64,000 bases of DNA. It comes from Vitrella brassicaformis CCMP3155 (taxonomy: Eukaryota; Protista; Chromerida). The translations under genes were made by a program, and so were the position numbers. The stretch is from contig CDMY01000395.1 of the NCBI GenBank assembly GCA_001179505.1, positions 310,001 through 374,000 of the forward strand. Reading direction: 5' to 3'. How positions within the stretch are numbered: the first letter of the stretch is position 1; each line of letters starts with the position of its first letter. Below, piece after piece: positions 37,270 to 49,771 of this stretch. The notes under the pieces were generated by a model, which saw only the letters and a list, made by a program, of their open reading frames with translations, had not been told where the DNA came from and did not search any database.

Positions 37270-38922
37270 ATGCTGCTGCAGCTGGCGTGGTTGCTCCTCA
37301 ACTCGTTGATATCCCTGGTCCACGCCCGTCGTCGTGACCCGGCATTCATCGCACGACCAAGATCCCGTCAACTTCCCTTCAGCAGAACCGCTCATCGACA
37401 TGCGCTTCATCAAACGAGGAGAAGACAGCTTCCGAGCGGCGTACTGATGGCAACACTGACGCAGCAGCCGGCAGTGAAGAACGTCTATGAGATGACGATG
37501 GACGGCTGGAATCTCTGGATGAAGGAGAGGGGCCATCCTGCATATCGAGCCAAGCAGATCTGGCAGCATCTCTACGAGAGGAGGGCTGGCTCCTTCGACG
37601 CAATGACCAACCTACCCAAGACGATGAGGGACGACCTCAAGGCCTCTCTCACCTTTGGAGATCTCATGGTGGCTGACGAGCGTGTCAGCCGTGACGGTAC
37701 GCTGAAGCGGGCGTACGTTCTGCGGGATGGGCAAGTCATCGAGTCGGTGCTGATGCCCTACAAGGATGGCCGGAGGACGGCTTGCATATCCAGCCAGGCT
37801 GGATGCGCCATGGGCTGCGTCTTTTGCGCCACAGGTAGGTCGGGTACTAAAGCATTGGTTGCTGCACGGACCCACACAGTGTCTGTCTGTCTGTCTGTCT
37901 GTCTGTATGTATGTATGTATGTATGTATGTCTCCATGTCTGTTGCAGGTCAGATGGGCTTTGCCCGCCAACTGTCGAGCGCTGAGATCGTTGAGCAGGCC
38001 CTCATCTTCGCGAGGGAGCTTCACCAGCGAGGCGAGCGGCTGTCCAATGTGGTGCTGATGGGGATGGGCGAGCCGCTGGCAAACTATGACAACGCCATGG
38101 AAGCCGTCGAGAGGATCAACCAGTAAGCATGGCAGCACGACAGGGTGTCGAAAAATACGGCTGGCCGTGTGTGCGGGTGTGTGTGTGCGTGTGTGGTGTT
38201 TGTGCAGTGATCTGGGGGTCGGCATGCGTCACATCACAGTCAGCACGGTCGGCCTCCCCGAGCGCATCAAACAAATCGCCGACGAAGGCAGACAGGTCGG
38301 TCGGCGCACAGAGAGAGACGAAGGCATCTCTGCCCACCCATTGTGTTGACCTCCCGATGCTGCGTCTAGGTGACGCTGGCTGTGAGTCTGCATGCCGCGT
38401 CTGATCAGCAGCGATCTGCTCTCATCCCCATCAACAAGAAGCACCCAATACAGCAAGTCATGCAGGTCAGTGACCACGGGCAGGTCTACAGAACAGACAG
38501 AGGACACCTGTTGGTCTGGTGTGGTGGCATTCGACTATGTGTGCTGTCCACAGGCGTGTGTGTACTACTGTGGGAAGACCGGCCGGCGCATATCGTTCGA
38601 GTGGGCCTTAATAGCCGGCGAGACCGACACGCCTCAGCAGGCCGACCAGCTCGGCAGGCTGCTGAGCAGGGCCATGCGGCAAGGCCTCATCGGCCATGTC
38701 AACCTCATCCCAGTCAACCCCACCGAGGGCTACGACGGCCGGCCATCTTCCCCCCTTGCCGTATCGTCCTTCATCGACACGCTCAAGAGGCACGGCGTCG
38801 GGGCGACAGCGAGGCTGAGACGGGGGATCGACATAGAGGGGGGCTGTGGCCAGCTGAAGGCGGAGACGATCAAGAGGCAGCAGAAGGAGAGTCAGAGAGG
38901 CACGGTGGAGGTGGCAGCTTGA
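37270..38922 (+). CDS. rlmN: Radical-SAM 23S rRNA (A2503)/tRNA (A37) C2-methyltransferase RlmN, plastid-type leader, 5 exons
   Basis: [18 protein letters not shown] (CxxxCxxC), [49 protein letters not shown]; signal peptide + AF + R/S-rich transit peptide. Confidence 0.95.
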
Positions 38923-39340
38923 TGTATGTGTAGATCGTGCGTGGGGCATCCATCAGATGCGGCCTTGGTGTCGTGTCTGTGTGGGGGGTTATATCATGTC
39001 GTGAGTAAATTGGATGTGGGTGGGATTGGTGTTGATCTGATCATCTTGAAGCGCTTCTCTCCTCACCACTCACTTCTTGTGGCTTACTGTCGGTGGTCAA
39101 CTGATTCCCCGGTGTGAATGACCGTGTTTGCAGTGCGTGGGATATAGATAGTAGGCCGGGCGATGGTAATCCTTCCGTGAAGTGGTGGGACATGTGGACG
39201 GCCATTGATGAGAAAGCGTTGTCAGTGAAGGAACAAACAGGACACCGAGTAAGTGTGTCACATATACACGACTGGTCAACCACCTTACAGACACAACAGA
39301 CACGCCCAGACAGATACCGAAACACACAGAACCGCCTCCA

Positions 39341-41146
39341 TCACGCTGGGTTCGACCATCGTGTCACACGGACACCAATCGCGCCTGCCTTGTGTCCCCT
39401 TCCCGCACGACTACCCCCATTATCCCACAGCGACCTCTGCCTCTTCAGGAAACTCAGCTCCTCAAGTATCGTCCTCTCCGGCCCATCTTCATAGCCCTCG
39501 TGTGTGTGTCTCCGGACACACTGACCCCCATTTCTTCGTCCATCGAGCTGCCCAAAAATATGTCTCCGAAGCTGCCTGTGCTGCCTTATCAGCCGCCTCA
39601 CCCACTTCGGCTGCTCTTCCTCCTCAGTGGACACAGGCGACGAAGCTCGTGGGGGGCAGGGCGTCGTGTTGGGGCTCGGCGGGGGGTTCGCCATCGCGCC
39701 CCTCTTGCCGGGCGTCAGGGGCACATACGGCCCCGCCACAAAGGCAGCACTCCCACTGCCAGTTTCGCTCTCCTCTGGTTGGTGGTGTGTCGGGGCTGCT
39801 GGTTTGGGAGAGCTGCAAGGTGAGGGCTCGGTGACGGACGGCGCCTGAGATAGAGCGTCGTCTTCGCGCGACACGATTGTCTGCTTCGATGCCCGGAAGC
39901 GGGAGGTGGCCGCAGTGAGCAGATGGACTCGCCTGAATATCCTTGAGATGGGCGTGACTAGAGGGGTGAGAGAGGGAGCCTGTGGGCTGGCAGGAGAGCC
40001 GCTTGCCGCTTGGGGCGTGGCGCCATCGCCATCGTTGGAGTCCTCTTTTTTCTCCACAGCAAATGTCACACGAGAGTGCGGCTTAGCTGAGGTGCCATCG
40101 ATGTCTCTTGGTAAGTTATCCCCCACGCCGCGAGCCCGATCAGCGATCTCCTGTTTTCTCTTCTCCTCGGTGTCAAGCCGCTCTTCCAATGGTATGTGGG
40201 GCGCGCCGATGTCCCATCCCGACGGGCGGGCAAAGACACGCGCCGGCAGGAAGCAAGCGAACTGAGACGGCAGAGGGAAGTTGCTCTCGTCCCTCCGAGG
40301 CTGCAAGGCTTTCCGTAGACCAGCGGGATGTATTTCTCCCCGTTCCAGCTTCTTGGTGACTCTCAAGAGCCATGTAGTGTTGACGGGCCGAGTGGCTGGT
40401 CTCAGGCGAGCGAGACGGTAACCAACATCGGCGATCGAGAATGGGGGAGAGGACGACTCGGCGTAAGACTCGTTGTCGATAGCCATTCGACCCTTTTGGT
40501 CTTCTTCCCTTCTCTCGTCGGCACCAGGTTCTTCAAGCGCTACTTGCAGGCCTTCAGGCGGCTCCAGAGTCGGCCTGTCCACAGTGCTGATTGGAGGTTG
40601 ATGCTGCTCCTTGTCGTCAGGCAATCGTGGCGTCTCCATCTGCGTTACAAACACGCTGCCCAAAGTCTCGTCTATCTGCCCTTCGGCAGCAGGTACGCCG
40701 GCTTCCAAAGCAGGCAATGGTCTTTCCTTTTCTCCGGCTTCTTGTGGATGTTCCCCTCCCTCGGTCCCTGCCGCTGCCACCGCTGCTGGTGATGGTGATG
40801 ATGGTGGCGGCGGCGGTGCTGTGTCTTTCACGATTGCCGTCTCGTCTTCTTGCTGGAACTCCTGGGCTTGCACCACTACTCGCCGCTCCCTCCGTTTCTC
40901 AAAGTAACGGGTACCCCTGACCGGCAAGCGCACGTTGAAGGCAGGAAGCGGCTGTTCTTGGGAGAGGCCGGGAGGAATTGGCTGTGACACCCTCGGTATC
41001 CTGGCTGGCGGCCGTGGTGGTCGCGGTGTGTCCTCTGGAATGGGCGAGGGGGACGATGATGATCCCTGGCGAGAGAGCACGTTGCAACGGTGGCTCACCA
41101 CGCCAGTCGGAATGTCATCAGCGAAACGTCTGCAACGAACCGACAA
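39341..41146 (-). CDS. Pro/Ser/Glu-rich low-complexity hypothetical protein (large exon; additional 5' exons likely up to ~41650)
   Basis: 601-codon ORF with protein-like composition; no domain recognised. Confidence 0.6.
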   Translation of the reverse strand: MSVRCRRFADDIPTGVVSHRCNVLSRQGSSSSPSPIPEDTPRPPRPPARIPRVSQPIPPGLSQEQPLPAFNVRLPVRGTRYFEKRRERRVVVQAQEFQQEDETAIVKDTAPPPPPSSPSPAAVAAAGTEGGEHPQEAGEKERPLPALEAGVPAAEGQIDETLGSVFVTQMETPRLPDDKEQHQPPISTVDRPTLEPPEGLQVALEEPGADERREEDQKGRMAIDNESYAESSSPPFSIADVGYRLARLRPATRPVNTTWLLRVTKKLERGEIHPAGLRKALQPRRDESNFPLPSQFACFLPARVFARPSGWDIGAPHIPLEERLDTEEKRKQEIADRARGVGDNLPRDIDGTSAKPHSRVTFAVEKKEDSNDGDGATPQAASGSPASPQAPSLTPLVTPISRIFRRVHLLTAATSRFRASKQTIVSREDDALSQAPSVTEPSPCSSPKPAAPTHHQPEESETGSGSAAFVAGPYVPLTPGKRGAMANPPPSPNTTPCPPRASSPVSTEEEEQPKWVRRLIRQHRQLRRHIFGQLDGRRNGGQCVRRHTHEGYEDGPERTILEELSFLKRQRSLWDNGGSRAGRGHKAGAIGVRVTRWSNPA

Positions 41147-41768
41147 ATGAATTGATCAGTAGGACTGCAAAGTACCTGTCCGTCGGACAGTACCTCGTGG
41201 TCTTTGGACTGGGTGCTGTCCCCGGCCGCCTTGCAGTAATCCTGCCCCCGCCCTGCAAATGAGCGCCAGTCAGAGCCTCGTCTCCCCTCGGAGTCCTCGA
41301 CAAGCCTCGCCGAGTTTGCCCTCGAGTGGGCACACGTGAAGAGATCGGGGGCGACGAGGAGGGGATAGTGGAAGGCGTGTCGCGGCAACGGGGGCTTGTG
41401 AAGCCCTCCATGTGAGACCGCCCGACGTGCAGCAGGCCACGAGAGGGAGTGTCTGAGACAGACAGGCGAGACGCAAATGAGACACGCCTGCCCGTGATGG
41501 CTTTCCCTTACCTCGCTCACGCTGTGGCGTGGTTCTGCTTTTCAGTCTGCACAGCAGCCCTCCACCAACAGCCATGGCAAGCCGCGAACCGGCCTGAGGC
41601 CGCGCGTCGTGGCTGAGCGTCGGATCACGCTTCCGCACAAGCCGCCGTCTTCGTGTGGGTGGACTCGGCCCTGGGCGAGTGAGCTTTGTCAGCGGAAGGC
41701 TGGGAATCACCCCTTCGAATGTGGCCCTTTTCATTTGCACTGTTTGCAATGCTGTTCTCGCGCCTTGT

Positions 41769-41777
41769 CTGCGAGCT
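41769..41777 (+). promoter_or_regulatory. CTGCGAGCT motif in the divergent promoter upstream of the MFS gene
   Basis: Exact motif ~100 bp before the ATG at 41878. Confidence 0.4.
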
Positions 41778-41877
41778 TTAACTTCGCAAGGGACGAAGCT
41801 TGCGAACGCTGTAGTTTGAAGGCTGTCATCTTTCGCTCTGTGTCGCTGACCTGAGCGCAGCGCGCTGATGTGAGCAG

Positions 41878-44753
41878 ATGGAGGACATCTTGGACTCAAT
41901 CGGTGAGCCAAAGGCAGACGCACCGCAGGCAGGGATTGGACTGCTCACGGCGTTGTGCCTGTGCTTGTGTGTCACAATTATAGGCTCATACGGGGTCTTT
42001 CAGAAGAGAATATCGTGGTTCATCGACTTCCCCTCCTGGCTGCTGGTCGGTGCCCAGACCATCTCTTTGGTCTTCCTGACGGAAGAGCCAAACAGGTTCT
42101 GCAACAACCCCACAGACGCTCCCGGAGGCTGCAAGCACGGCGAGCTGTTGAAGACGACTGATTGCTCTCACGAGTTCAAGTCGGACACTACTTACACGGA
42201 TTATTGGCGAAAGGAGAAGAAGCCAAGCCCTTCTGGAATGAGTGATTGTCGTGTGTGTGTGTGTGTGTGTGTTCGGCAGGTATGACCCCGGCCGTTCGTC
42301 CATCGTGTCTGAGTGGGGTCTGGGCTACTGCAGCAAGGGTCTCTTCGACGCGCAGTTCGCTTCCTCGTGTTTCTTCTTCGGATTCCTTGTGGGCGTGTTC
42401 GGCATCGGCTACCTCGCCGACCACCTGGGCAGAAAAACCGCCTACGTCATCTCGCTCATCTTCATCCAGGTGTGTGGCGTCGGCAGCGCTTTCGCCCCTT
42501 CGTTCGTGGCGTTTGTGTGGCTGAGGTCCGGCACTGGTGTGGGGGTGGGGGGGCTCGGCCTGGCCATCTGGATCCTCAACACCGAGGTGGTTCGCTCTGA
42601 CAAGCGGCCTTTGATCACCATCTTGGCGCACTCCCACTTCGCTATTGGTGGCTGCGTGGTGGCCGTCATGAGCTACCTCATTACGTCTTGGCGGTGGCTG
42701 ACTCTCGCCATCGCTCTGCCCGGCTTCGCTCTTGTCTTCTGGCTGCTCGCGCCGGTCTTCGTCGAGTCACCGAGGTGGGCAGTGGCCAAGAAGGAGTACA
42801 AGAGGGCCTATGACGCCCTCCGCACGATAGCCGATATCAACGGCACCACAGTGCCTCCACATATCTCCCCCGCCTCCCTGCCCTCGCTGGTCAACGGCGA
42901 GAGCAACAGCGGCAACGACAACGGCACGCCCACCACCAGCAGTACTAGGCGAACGTCGTCCGTCGACTCGTCCACAACGCCCCCAGACTCCTTCTGGGAC
43001 CTGCTGACGATGCCGCCCGTGGCCGACCGGCTCTATGTCATGGTGCTCTTGTGGTTCAGCACCTCACTCGCATACTACGGGCTCTCTCTCAACGCGGGAA
43101 ATCTGGGCCCCACGAGTCAGGTGACAACTTTTATCAACGGTGCGCTGGAGGTACCGGCGATAGCATTTGGCGTGTGGGCGACCGACTGGCGGAGGTGTGG
43201 GGGGAGGAAAGGGGTGGTCAACGGGACGCTCATCATCGGGGGGCTGCTGTGCCTGCTGTGTGTGGTGCTGGAGAGTGGGGGCTGGGCCATGGTTATCGTC
43301 GCTGTGGCGGGAAGGTGCGCTGACGGACACACAGACAGACGTGTGGGGCCTGTGATGCTATGCAGGCCAATATGTGTGGCATTGGTTGGTGTTTACTACT
43401 ATTCAGGTTTTTCGTTGCCATGACGTTTGTGGATCTTTATCTGTATGGCTCTGAGCTGTTCCCCTCGTCGCGTAAGCAACTCATTTCCATCCACTGTGCG
43501 TGCATGGATGGTGCTCTCTGCTCTCTGCTTCGCCCTTGTTGCTGGCAGTGAGGAGCTCAGCAGTCGGGATGATGAGCATGGCCGCGCGAGTCGGAGGTCA
43601 GCACATGCATCATTTAAGCACACACACACACACACACACGCACATTCTCTGTGCTGTGTGTGCTGATCCCTCAGGCATTGCGGCCCCCCAGGTCGTCTCT
43701 CTCGGCGTGGCGTCTCCGGCCATGCCGAATTTTATCTTTGGCATGTCGTCAACGGTTGCTGGTCTGGCTGGTGCTGTTGGGCTGCCCGACACGCTGGGAA
43801 AACCCTTCTATGACACTCTCAAGGACATGCACAAGGACATGACACGCGACAACACAGACGGCCTCACACAGGTAGGGTGGGTCGTGGGTCTCACGGGGGG
43901 CGCCCCATCCGCCGGAAGATGTGTCTGTGCTGGTGGTAATATCTATCGGCTGTTTTTCTCGGCCGTGGTGTTTGTGTGATTGGTCGCGCAGGGCATCTTT
44001 CAGTCGTGTCTTTCGCGCATCTGCTGCTGTGCGTCTCTGCGGCCCTACCGCCACCTCACCCCCGAGGCAGAAGACAGTGTGGTGGAGATGACGATAGTCC
44101 AGGACGATGACAATAGTGGCACGGCAGTCGACGCCCTGCACGCCGATGACACCGACTTGACCTCCCGCCCGTCGTTCCCCTTCTATCGCCACCTCTCGCC
44201 CCAGCTGCCGCCCGACAGCAACCGCACTATGCGAGTCATCGGCCGCTGTAGTGAGGTCGACAACGTGTCCCCACCAGCGGCCGGTGGGCGAGGGGAGGCC
44301 GCCATTATCGGGGCTGACGGCATGATGGACAGGCAAGACAGGACGATGAACGGGCATCATGACGATGACAGCGACCCCGACGACCGTGACGGCGAAGATG
44401 TCATGCGGCAATATGAGCGTCGGAAGGTCGAGGCGGCCCGGCGCATACACATGATCGGGGATTCGAGTGCGGCATTGGGCGGCGGCAGCGGACACAAACC
44501 GAGGCCCCACCACTCCCACTCGCACCATGATCACCATCACCATCGCAGGCCGATCACCGGCGATGAAAGCTGCGGCAGCGACAGCACCCGCCCGACACGC
44601 AACCCGATTAAACGCACTGAGGACGACAGCAGCCGCGGCGCCGAAGTGGACCCCGGTGTGGATGGTGACGAAGAGGATAACACTGAGGACGAAGGCACCG
44701 ATGACGACGAACCCACCGACAGGCAGATGGGGCAGAGGAGACAGCATAAGTAA
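41878..44753 (+). CDS. MFS transporter, organic cation/SLC22-like, with a long acidic and His-rich C-tail
   Basis: RSSIVSEWGL, GYLADHLGRK motif A, VESPRW, LAYYGLSLN, ELFPSS/VRSSAVG, LPDTLGKP. Confidence 0.9.
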
Positions 44754-45888
44754 GGTGCTCTGGAGGGATTTTTCTCGTGTGTGTCGCGGGTCGGATGTTT
44801 GTTCATGGGTCAGATAGTGGCTGAGTGTCGTGTCAGTCATCTGTTTTTTGCGGCTTTGTGTGCATGTGCGTGTGCGAGAGAGAATGTGAGCCAACTGCAG
44901 CATTTCAGTGTATGTGTGTGTGTGGACATTCATTCGTTCCCGTCCGCCATCAATTCGGTGTGTTGATATATATGTATCGGTCTGTCCAGCTCCCTCCCTC
45001 CCTAGATGGGATGGAGGCATCCACCAGCCCAGCATGTTTGTTGCATGAATGCAATGCGCAACGATCGCCAGGGTCTTCAACCGAACCACCACAAGCACAG
45101 GTGTCCCTGCAGTTGTGGCGGTTCCTTCCTGCCCCCGACCATGACGGACGTCACACCTTCATCCGCACAACACACCGGCTGGCTATGAAGCCGTGCCTCA
45201 CTTGCATCGCATCGATCAACGGCACGCACACGTTCACCTTAAGCTATCCTCCATCTGATCAGTGCACCTCTCAGCTCCCGTCAGGTGCGCTATCTCAGGC
45301 CTTCACCCCAGGGACACCACACACAGACCTGATGATGCGTATGGCGAGCCACAGGCGAAGGCAAAAGCAGCACACACCGACAGAGAGGAGGCAAGCAGCA
45401 GCCATCTGTCGCGACGCCGACTCAAACCAAAAATCCACCCCAACACCACACCCCCGCCAGCAGCCATTCATCCACTTATCACACGCATAAACAGCCAGCC
45501 AGCCAGTCACCATGTGTCTAAACCACCCCCCTCCCTCCCACCACCGCCCTCCCCCTCCCCCCCTCGCTTAAAACGCCTCTGGTTATGTCAGCCGGGGGCT
45601 TGACCTCTCGCCTGCCATGCCAACCCATAAAAATCATGCAGCCACTCACCCGTCAACTGTGTGTGTGTGGAGTTGAAGTAGGGTACACTCTACGCTGTCG
45701 CCGACTTCTGCTGGGGGTAGCACACGGGATGGTACTCACTGTTGGGCACTGACGACAGAAAGAGAGAGAACGCATCACACGCATCGGATCACGTCACATC
45801 ACATCAGATCAGAGAAAGACCACATGTGGCTTTCTGTCTGTCTGTCTGTCTGTCTTTGCGGGTGGGGTCAGTGGGTGGATGGGTTGCT

Positions 45889-46536
45889 CACTTTTGGTCC
45901 TGTGGGAGAATTTGCCGTCCATGCAGTTCATCAGAGGCACACTGAGGGTCTGGCCTACCAGCTTGTGGGTTTGGTCCTCCGACATCTCGTCATAGCTGAC
46001 AAAACAGCCACCACCCACACAGACGATTAACACCCCCACACAGTGAGGGAGTGACACTGAGTGAGGTGTGCGTGCGTCTTGTCTTGTCTGTCCTGACGGC
46101 GGGCGGCTTACATGCACATGGCGCATGTGACGTCCCTCTCGTTGCTGTCCTTGCACTCGACCTTGAAGGACAGATCGGTGGTCCCACCACTCGCAGCAGC
46201 CGCCTGGCCCACCATATTCTCCAGCATCTGCACACACACCACACACACACACACCACACACACACACGACCACCCACACGCGCACACAGATCTGCCGCAC
46301 CGGAGCCAAAAGAGACACGACGGCCCATGTGGACAGCCATATGTCACCTGCTGCATGCCCTCCTCGTACATCTTCTTGTCAGCGGCCGGGATGAAGAATG
46401 AGGGTGTCGGCGTGTCCGGCGCGTCCTTGCCGCTGCTCTTGATCTGGCACTTGGCCACCGACGTCCGCCGGAGCGTCAGGGCTGATGACGTGCACGCGAG
46501 CACAAAGCACACGGCGAGGGCAACGAGGCACTTCAT
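45889..46536 (-). CDS. Small secreted Cys-containing hypothetical protein (3' end uncertain)
   Basis: Signal peptide MKCLVALAVCFVLACTSSA; at least 3 exons with canonical splice sites. Confidence 0.6.
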
Positions 46537-46669
46537 TCTGGCAGACGGGGATGAGCTGAAGGCGAAGATCACGAGAATCCCGAGACGCTTTTGAGATCGC
46601 AAGCAGCAGCAGCGGTTTCAGGAAGCACCCTAGCAGCAGCGGCGGGAGCACCCGAGAGTCAGTTCCAGG

Positions 46670-47789
46670 ATGGCTCCTGGAGGCGCCCTGCCCAAGAGAT
46701 ACGTCATTCCACAGGAGCCCGATGTTTGTGCCATCTGCTGTGATCTCCTCACGAGCCACGGAGGGACAAAGTGTGACATCGCCCGCTTCAAGTGCAACCA
46801 CTACTTCTGCTGGCAGGTAGCTAGGCAGCCTGAGGAGGCAGGCAGAAAATGACAGGGAGCTTGCTGAGCGACATGTACGGTTGTATGTGTTTGCAGTGTC
46901 TCAAGGGCGAAGCGCAGGCGTTCTTTCAGGAGAACGGCAGCCATTCTCGCGGCACCATGTACCAGGGCGGACGTATGATGCTGTTGCAGTGCCCCACATG
47001 CCGACAGGTAGTCGAGAAAGACGGCCGCCAGACGCACTCCAATCGAACGTGCACTGGACTGGTTGGCTGTTTGTCTGTCTGTCTGCCTGTATCTCCGTGT
47101 GCAGCCTGTCAAACTGGTCGAGCGGATCCAGAGGCCGTCAGCCTCCTTCACCCCACAGCCCGATCGATTCGGCGGGCCACTGCGGGATGTGACGGTCAAG
47201 GATGCCGACGGCGAGGCCACATGGGTGGCGAGCTACTACGCGCCTCGGGCTCTCAAGGACGGCTGTGTGGACGTCCGCGACTCCATGACCGAATCGGAGG
47301 CCAGGATGGCCATCTTCATGCTGCAGGCGTCGAGTCAGGTGACTCGCAAATCACTGCCTGAGGCCTGGAGCCGCCTGCGGGTGACCACCGGACGGGCCAG
47401 GCGGCATTCAAGGCATTCATGTGGGACTGGGAGGCCGAGTGGACCCGGGCGACTGTGAGAATCAACAACGCCAACATGGACGCCCACCAGGAGCATCTCA
47501 ACCGCCTCACCGGGCGGGGCAACGGGTGAGTGAAATGGTGACAGACAAGAGTGAACGGCCGAGAGAGAAGTGGATATGCCTGTTTCCCCGCTGTACCTGC
47601 ACTGCAGGTCTGGCCCCTCGTTCACTGTTGGCAATTTCGTTTGGGTGGCTGGGCTGCCCGACCACGAACTGAATGGACTGGAGGGCACTGTGGTGGCCGT
47701 CCTCCCGCCCAACACACGCGACAACAGGACGGACGTAACCGGGTTAGACGGACAGCACACGTGAGAGGGATACAGGGAATCTGTACTCA

Positions 47790-47827
<38 letters not shown>

Positions 47828-47998
47828 TGTGTGTCTGTGTGGTGTGCGTGTAGTTATCAAGTAGCGCTGGACATTGGCCCCACGCTGGCCGCGCGGGGCG
47901 AGAATCTCCGCCTCATCAACAAGATGACCGATGAAGAGCTCCTCAGCTTCGCCATCGCGAGCCTGGGAGGCCCCGGACTGCCCATGGCGCCTCGGTGA
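46670..47998 (+). CDS. RING-finger protein with a C-terminal SH3-like small beta domain
   Basis: CAICCDL...CDIARFKCNHYFCWQCL...CPTCR RING pattern; VWVAGLPDHELNGLEGTVV motif; head-to-head with the gene starting at 46536. Confidence 0.8.
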
Positions 47999-48649
47999 CC
48001 GCCAGGGCGGGCATGCAGCTGCAGCAGTCGCGATCCATGGAGTAGGCACCGCGCGAAAGGCAGTGATACGTATGGATCATGTATAGGTGGATCTATGTGT
48101 ATCTGTCTGTCTACATACGTACGTCTATGTATGAGTTTATGTCTTCGGTCTCTATTCTCGCTGTCGTTTTGTGATATCATCCTATCATCCACTTGCTGGG
48201 TTCTTCCAATGACTAGATGAGGCGCGGACCATGTGTGTGTGTGCGTGTAATGGGATGAATGAGTAGATCGACTTCAATCAGACAATTCAATCAATGATAT
48301 ATATGTCACCCAGCTCTGTGCTTCTTCACATGACTCGCCGAGTCAAAAGGTTCATTTGCAAGACGAGCACACTTCCCGATGCACGGCCAGGCATGTAGCT
48401 GTGGCCTCTGTTCAGGATGAAAAAAGGATGTGAAGGATGCCGATCACATAATGTTTGTATGAGACACGACGATGCATGTATCCCTGCCGTCCTCCGTTGC
48501 GTGCGTCTAAGTGTCTCGATGTCTCGATGTCTCCACTTAAGCTGAGCTTCGCGTCTTGTCATGTTTGCGGCTCATTCCTCAGGTGGAGGCCTGTACTCTG
48601 CAAGCAGAATCATTGACAAAAAGAATCATGGCAGTTACTTGATTTGAAT

Positions 48650-49771
48650 TCACCAAAAGAGCTTACTCGGATGGCCAGGGAAGTACACTTTGAAGTCCTC
48701 CTCTGGCAGATCCTTGTAAAAGCTGAATTTCTCGCCGGCGGTGCCAACGGCGCCAGGCCAGGAGGCAAAGAGGGGCTCCTGGTGCTCTGTTTGCTGTGCA
48801 GCAGGCAAGTCCTTCTGAGGCCTCCGTTTCTGGAGCTCAGCTTTGACCACAATCGTCTGCAAAGAGGAACAGCAGAGGGTGTCTGGAACAATTCGGTGCA
48901 CGGTTTACTTGCAATTGCCTGCCTCACCATGCCGGGTGCGAGGCAGTACATCCCAAGGCTCGTCCTCCAGCTGAACACTTTCAGTGTCCCTTCGATGCAC
49001 ACCAGGCTGAGAAGGTCCTTCTCTATCAGGCTCTTCGAGTCGTGGCACTCGCCAGTACCTGTCACGTCAAAGGGGCCGGTCTCTAGTAGCAACCCTTCGC
49101 TGGCCGCAGCCAAACGGTCCCCGTGTTTGAGTTTTGTCTGATAAACAATGCATGTCTCTGAGGTGCTGCACGAGGAGCCTAGCTTCGATGACCATCGGTA
49201 GCCCGTCATGTGATAGTCAGGGCGAGCAGCTGGTAAACTGGTAAAAGAGTCTTCAGGTACTGACGGATCCTGGACAAACACAAACCTACCTGGAAGCTCG
49301 ATTTCCTGTGTGTTTCTCTCCTTCGCACCTTGAACATCACTTTGCACTTCTTTGACGCGACGCTTTGCTGTTGCTGATCCATGTGGAATTGCAGCGTCGT
49401 GCTGAATGCTCCAGCTGCAATGCGGTGCACTCACGGAAAGATACACCGTCCATCCACGTCATGAACGACTTACTTGCGAGAGGAAGGAGGAGGACAAGGA
49501 GCGTGGGGGCCATGAGAGCGGTGGTCATGGACGGACAATCAATACGGCCTCTTCTACGAGAAAAAACTGAAAAAATCACTCAGTCGCATGACTGCCGTCT
49601 CAAGGCCCTCTGAGACTCCGCCCCCCAGTGGGGTGGGCCCCCACTGGGCCCCCACCCCACATCGCGCATAATCCTTGACTGATTGCCGTTCTCATCAATG
49701 AATTCCATCCTCTTGCTCTGCGCGTCGCTATGCGCCTTTCCCCTTACCGCGCGTCGCCCGTCTGCCATCAA
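48650..49771 (-). CDS. Hypothetical protein, possibly type II membrane-anchored
   Basis: ORF pieces 49580..49771, 49337..49579 (hydrophobic TALMAPTLLVLLLPL), 48610..49446 and 48650..48901; no family recognised. Confidence 0.4.

Noticed and set aside
49620-49660. GC-rich hairpin cccagtggg...cccactggg
   Set aside because: A single stem inside a probable exon, with no repetition, terminator context or element boundary.
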